DNA from: a virus
UHGV virus genome: UHGV-1570996
Length of the DNA: 19,300 bases
Strand: one strand, 5' to 3'
Shown: positions 17,695-19,300 of the stretch, one piece after another
Position numbering within the stretch: the stretch's first letter is position 1
Layout: each line of letters starts with the position of its first letter
The notes under the pieces: generated by a model
What the model saw: only the letters and a program-made list of their open reading frames with translations
Told to the model about the DNA's origin: nothing
Database searches by the model: none
Translations under genes and position numbers: made by a program

Positions 17695-18183
17695 TTAATA
17701 GCCATCAGAAGTAATCGCTACAGATTTCAATCCCTCAATGTCATCCTTGGACAGGGCGAACCATTCACCGTGCTTTCTCTTTGCGGCAAATTTGCGATGA
17801 AGCATGTTTTCAGTTTCTCTTCCACCAGGGATCAGGCACTCAAGCTTCAAGCAGTCTGGTCCAGAGTTGCCAAGCGATTTGATGCGTTGTGGAATGTTGG
17901 ATGAATACCCAATTTTGGTTAGCCCAGTTTTCTTCGATGACAAAACGTATACCTGAGGAGGTTCTTTTCTCTGGTCTTCCATTACACGTCTCATTGTTGC
18001 CATAAGTCCGCCGTGCATCAGCATTTCAACAAAGAACGCTGACCGAACACCTGACGACTTAAGCATGCCAGAAAATTCACTTGCCAATTCCATTAACTCT
18101 GCGATGTTTTCAGGAACTTTTTGGCAGTTATCTTCCTTGTATAAGGAAATCATTCTTTGAAGCTTTTCTTCTAATTGGTTCAT
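17695..18183 (-). CDS. T5orf172 (GIY-YIG-like) domain protein, stand-alone accessory gene
   Basis: Start chosen at ATG 18183, 162 aa; C-terminal half VYVLSSKKTGLTKIGYSSNIPQRIKSLGNSGPDCLKLECLIPGGRETENMLHRKFAAKRKHGEWFALS fits the T5orf172 pattern (YV..KIG..R...L....E..LH..F...GEWF); flanked by 347-bp and 327-bp non-coding regions; visibly more AT-rich than neighbours. Confidence 0.7.
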   Translation of the reverse strand: MNQLEEKLQRMISLYKEDNCQKVPENIAELMELASEFSGMLKSSGVRSAFFVEMLMHGGLMATMRRVMEDQRKEPPQVYVLSSKKTGLTKIGYSSNIPQRIKSLGNSGPDCLKLECLIPGGRETENMLHRKFAAKRKHGEWFALSKDDIEGLKSVAITSDGY

Positions 18184-18294
18184 AGCGTCTTTACCTTTTA
18201 GAAAGTGAGCCTGTCTCACAGAAAAGCCGCCCCGAGATGGTCGCCACCATATACGGCAGTTCTCAGGCTCAACTTTCTGAAAGGCTCGGGTGAT

Positions 18295-18322
18295 GTAATA
18301 TGCGCGTGAGATGCGCTGTGAA
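18295..18322 (-). promoter_or_regulatory. Candidate sigma70 promoter for the T5orf172-domain gene
   Basis: Minus-strand -35 TTCACA (plus 18322-18317), 16-bp spacer, -10 TATTAC (plus 18300-18295), just downstream of the post-Rz terminator; a GTGAG-N5-CTCAC inverted repeat (18205-18219) lies in the predicted leader. Confidence 0.3.
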
Positions 18323-18332
18323 ATTCAGATGT

Positions 18333-18356
18333 AAAAAAGCCCCGCGAATGCGAGGC
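18333..18356 (-). terminator. Rho-independent terminator downstream of the lysis cassette
   Basis: Minus strand: GCCUCGC-AUUC-GCGGGGC (one G-U pair) followed by UUUUUU. Confidence 0.55.
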
Positions 18357-18530
18357 TAAATCCTGGTGTTTGTGATGACTGGCTCTTATCTCAACGCAGC
18401 CCCTTACCGCGCGCCAGATGCTCAATATCAAGCATCAGCAATGAGATGTTTAATCTGGATTCACTCCAGAAGTGATCACCACCCTGTCTACAGAGCCAGA
18501 TGTGAAGGATGATGAGTAAAATTATCGCTA

Positions 18531-18998
18531 TCATCGAAGGCATTGCGTCCTGATGTATTCCTGAAGCGTTCTCAGTGCTGTTTGGTCGCTGATGATTCCG
18601 TCCCGGATACCGAGAACGTTTCGTCCAGCAACTGGAGAGAGTTCGACGGTGGCATCATTGCCCATGCCGGAGGCGCTGGAGGTTTCGGCTGAGGATGGCA
18701 TAGGGCATTTTCCTTTGACGAACACCCGACCACCATTATCAAGCTTGCGCCGAAGAGCATCATTTTCAGCTTTCGCATCAGCTAACTCCTTCGTGTATTT
18801 AGCATCGAGTGCATCAGCAGAACGCTGGCGCTGCTGCATGTCAGTAATGGTGGCGGTCGCCTGCTTCAGCTCACTGACTTTTTTATCTCGCTGTTCTTTG
18901 TAGGCGATGGCGTTATCACGGTAATGATTAACCGCCCATGACAGGAAGACGATGATGCAGATAACCAGAGCGGAGATAATCGCGGTTACTCTGCTCAT
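18531..18998 (-). CDS. Rz: Rz i-spanin (lambda Rz-like)
   Basis: N-terminal [39 protein letters not shown]...[22 protein letters not shown] is near-identical to recalled lambda Rz; start ATG overlaps the endolysin stop (ATGA). Confidence 0.9.
   Translation of the reverse strand: MSRVTAIISALVICIIVFLSWAVNHYRDNAIAYKEQRDKKVSELKQATATITDMQQRQRSADALDAKYTKELADAKAENDALRRKLDNGGRVFVKGKCPMPSSAETSSASGMGNDATVELSPVAGRNVLGIRDGIISDQTALRTLQEYIRTQCLR
18572..18778 (-). CDS. Rz1: Rz1 o-spanin lipoprotein, embedded in the +1 frame of Rz
   Basis: [21 protein letters not shown] lipobox plus proline-rich [16 protein letters not shown], matching recalled lambda Rz1 (MLKLKMML...VVGCTS...PPPPPAWIMQPPP); entirely inside Rz. 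Confidence 0.85.
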   Translation of the reverse strand: MRKLKMMLFGASLIMVVGCSSKENALCHPQPKPPAPPAWAMMPPSNSLQLLDETFSVSGTESSATKQH

Positions 18999-19300
18999 AC
19001 CTCAATCTCTCTGACCGTTCCGCCTGCTTCTTTGAATTTTGCAATCAGGTTGTCAGCCTTATGCTCGAACTGACCATAACCAGCGCCAGGCAGTGAAGCC
19101 CAGATATTGCTGCAACGGTCGATTGCCTGACGGATATCACCGCGATCAATCATCGGCAAAGCGCCACGCTCCTTAATCTGCTGCAGCGCAACAGCGTCCT
19201 GGCTTTTGGGAGAGAAGTCTTTCAGGCCAAGCTGCTTACGGTAGGCATCCCACCAACGGGAAAGAAGCTGGTAGCGTCCGGCAGCTGTTGATTTGAGTTT
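18995..19300 (-). CDS. R: Endolysin, lambda R-like lytic transglycosylase (partial; N-terminus beyond the window)
   Basis: Translation of the minus strand from 19300: [101 protein letters not shown], near-identical to the recalled lambda R C-terminus. Confidence 0.9.
   Translation of the reverse strand, partial: KLKSTAAGRYQLLSRWWDAYRKQLGLKDFSPKSQDAVALQQIKERGALPMIDRGDIRQAIDRCSNIWASLPGAGYGQFEHKADNLIAKFKEAGGTVREIEV

Noticed and set aside
18216-18431. 71-aa minus-strand ORF between Rz and the T5orf172 gene
   Set aside because: It spans the predicted terminator hairpin, has no RBS, and gives a His/Ser-rich unstructured translation; the interval is treated as non-coding regulatory DNA
1-19300. 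CRISPR arrays, integrase/att sites, rRNA
   Set aside because: No direct-repeat/spacer periodicity and no integrase-like ORF were seen; the window is phage late and accessory genes throughout

Overview
This window reads as the late region of a P22-like (Lederbergvirus-type) temperate podovirus or prophage from an enterobacterial host, with almost all genes on the minus strand. From high to low coordinates: a lambda-type lysis cassette (partial R-like endolysin, Rz with embedded Rz1), a terminator, a stand-alone T5orf172/GIY-YIG-like gene with its own candidate promoter, an 80-aa ORF, small and large terminase, portal, scaffold, coat, a small ORF, gp4, gp10, tail needle gp26, gp14, and ejection proteins gp7, gp20 and gp16. 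Below gp16 lies an immunity-I-like accessory region whose layout differs from canonical P22 immI: a plus-strand cI-like HTH-S24 repressor whose catalytic Ser appears replaced by Ala, followed by a small 2-TM membrane protein; divergent from it an operon of an Arc-like RHH protein (57 aa, absent from the ORF track), two antirepressor-family genes and a coupled 73-aa ORF; and a convergent Mnt homolog at the far end. Each antirepressor start carries a near-identical plus-strand extended -10 element followed by a plus-oriented hairpin plus T-run, suggesting two sar-like antisense RNAs. No tRNA, CRISPR array, integrase or att site was recognised. All calls are from reading the sequence and recalled family features; no database search was run.
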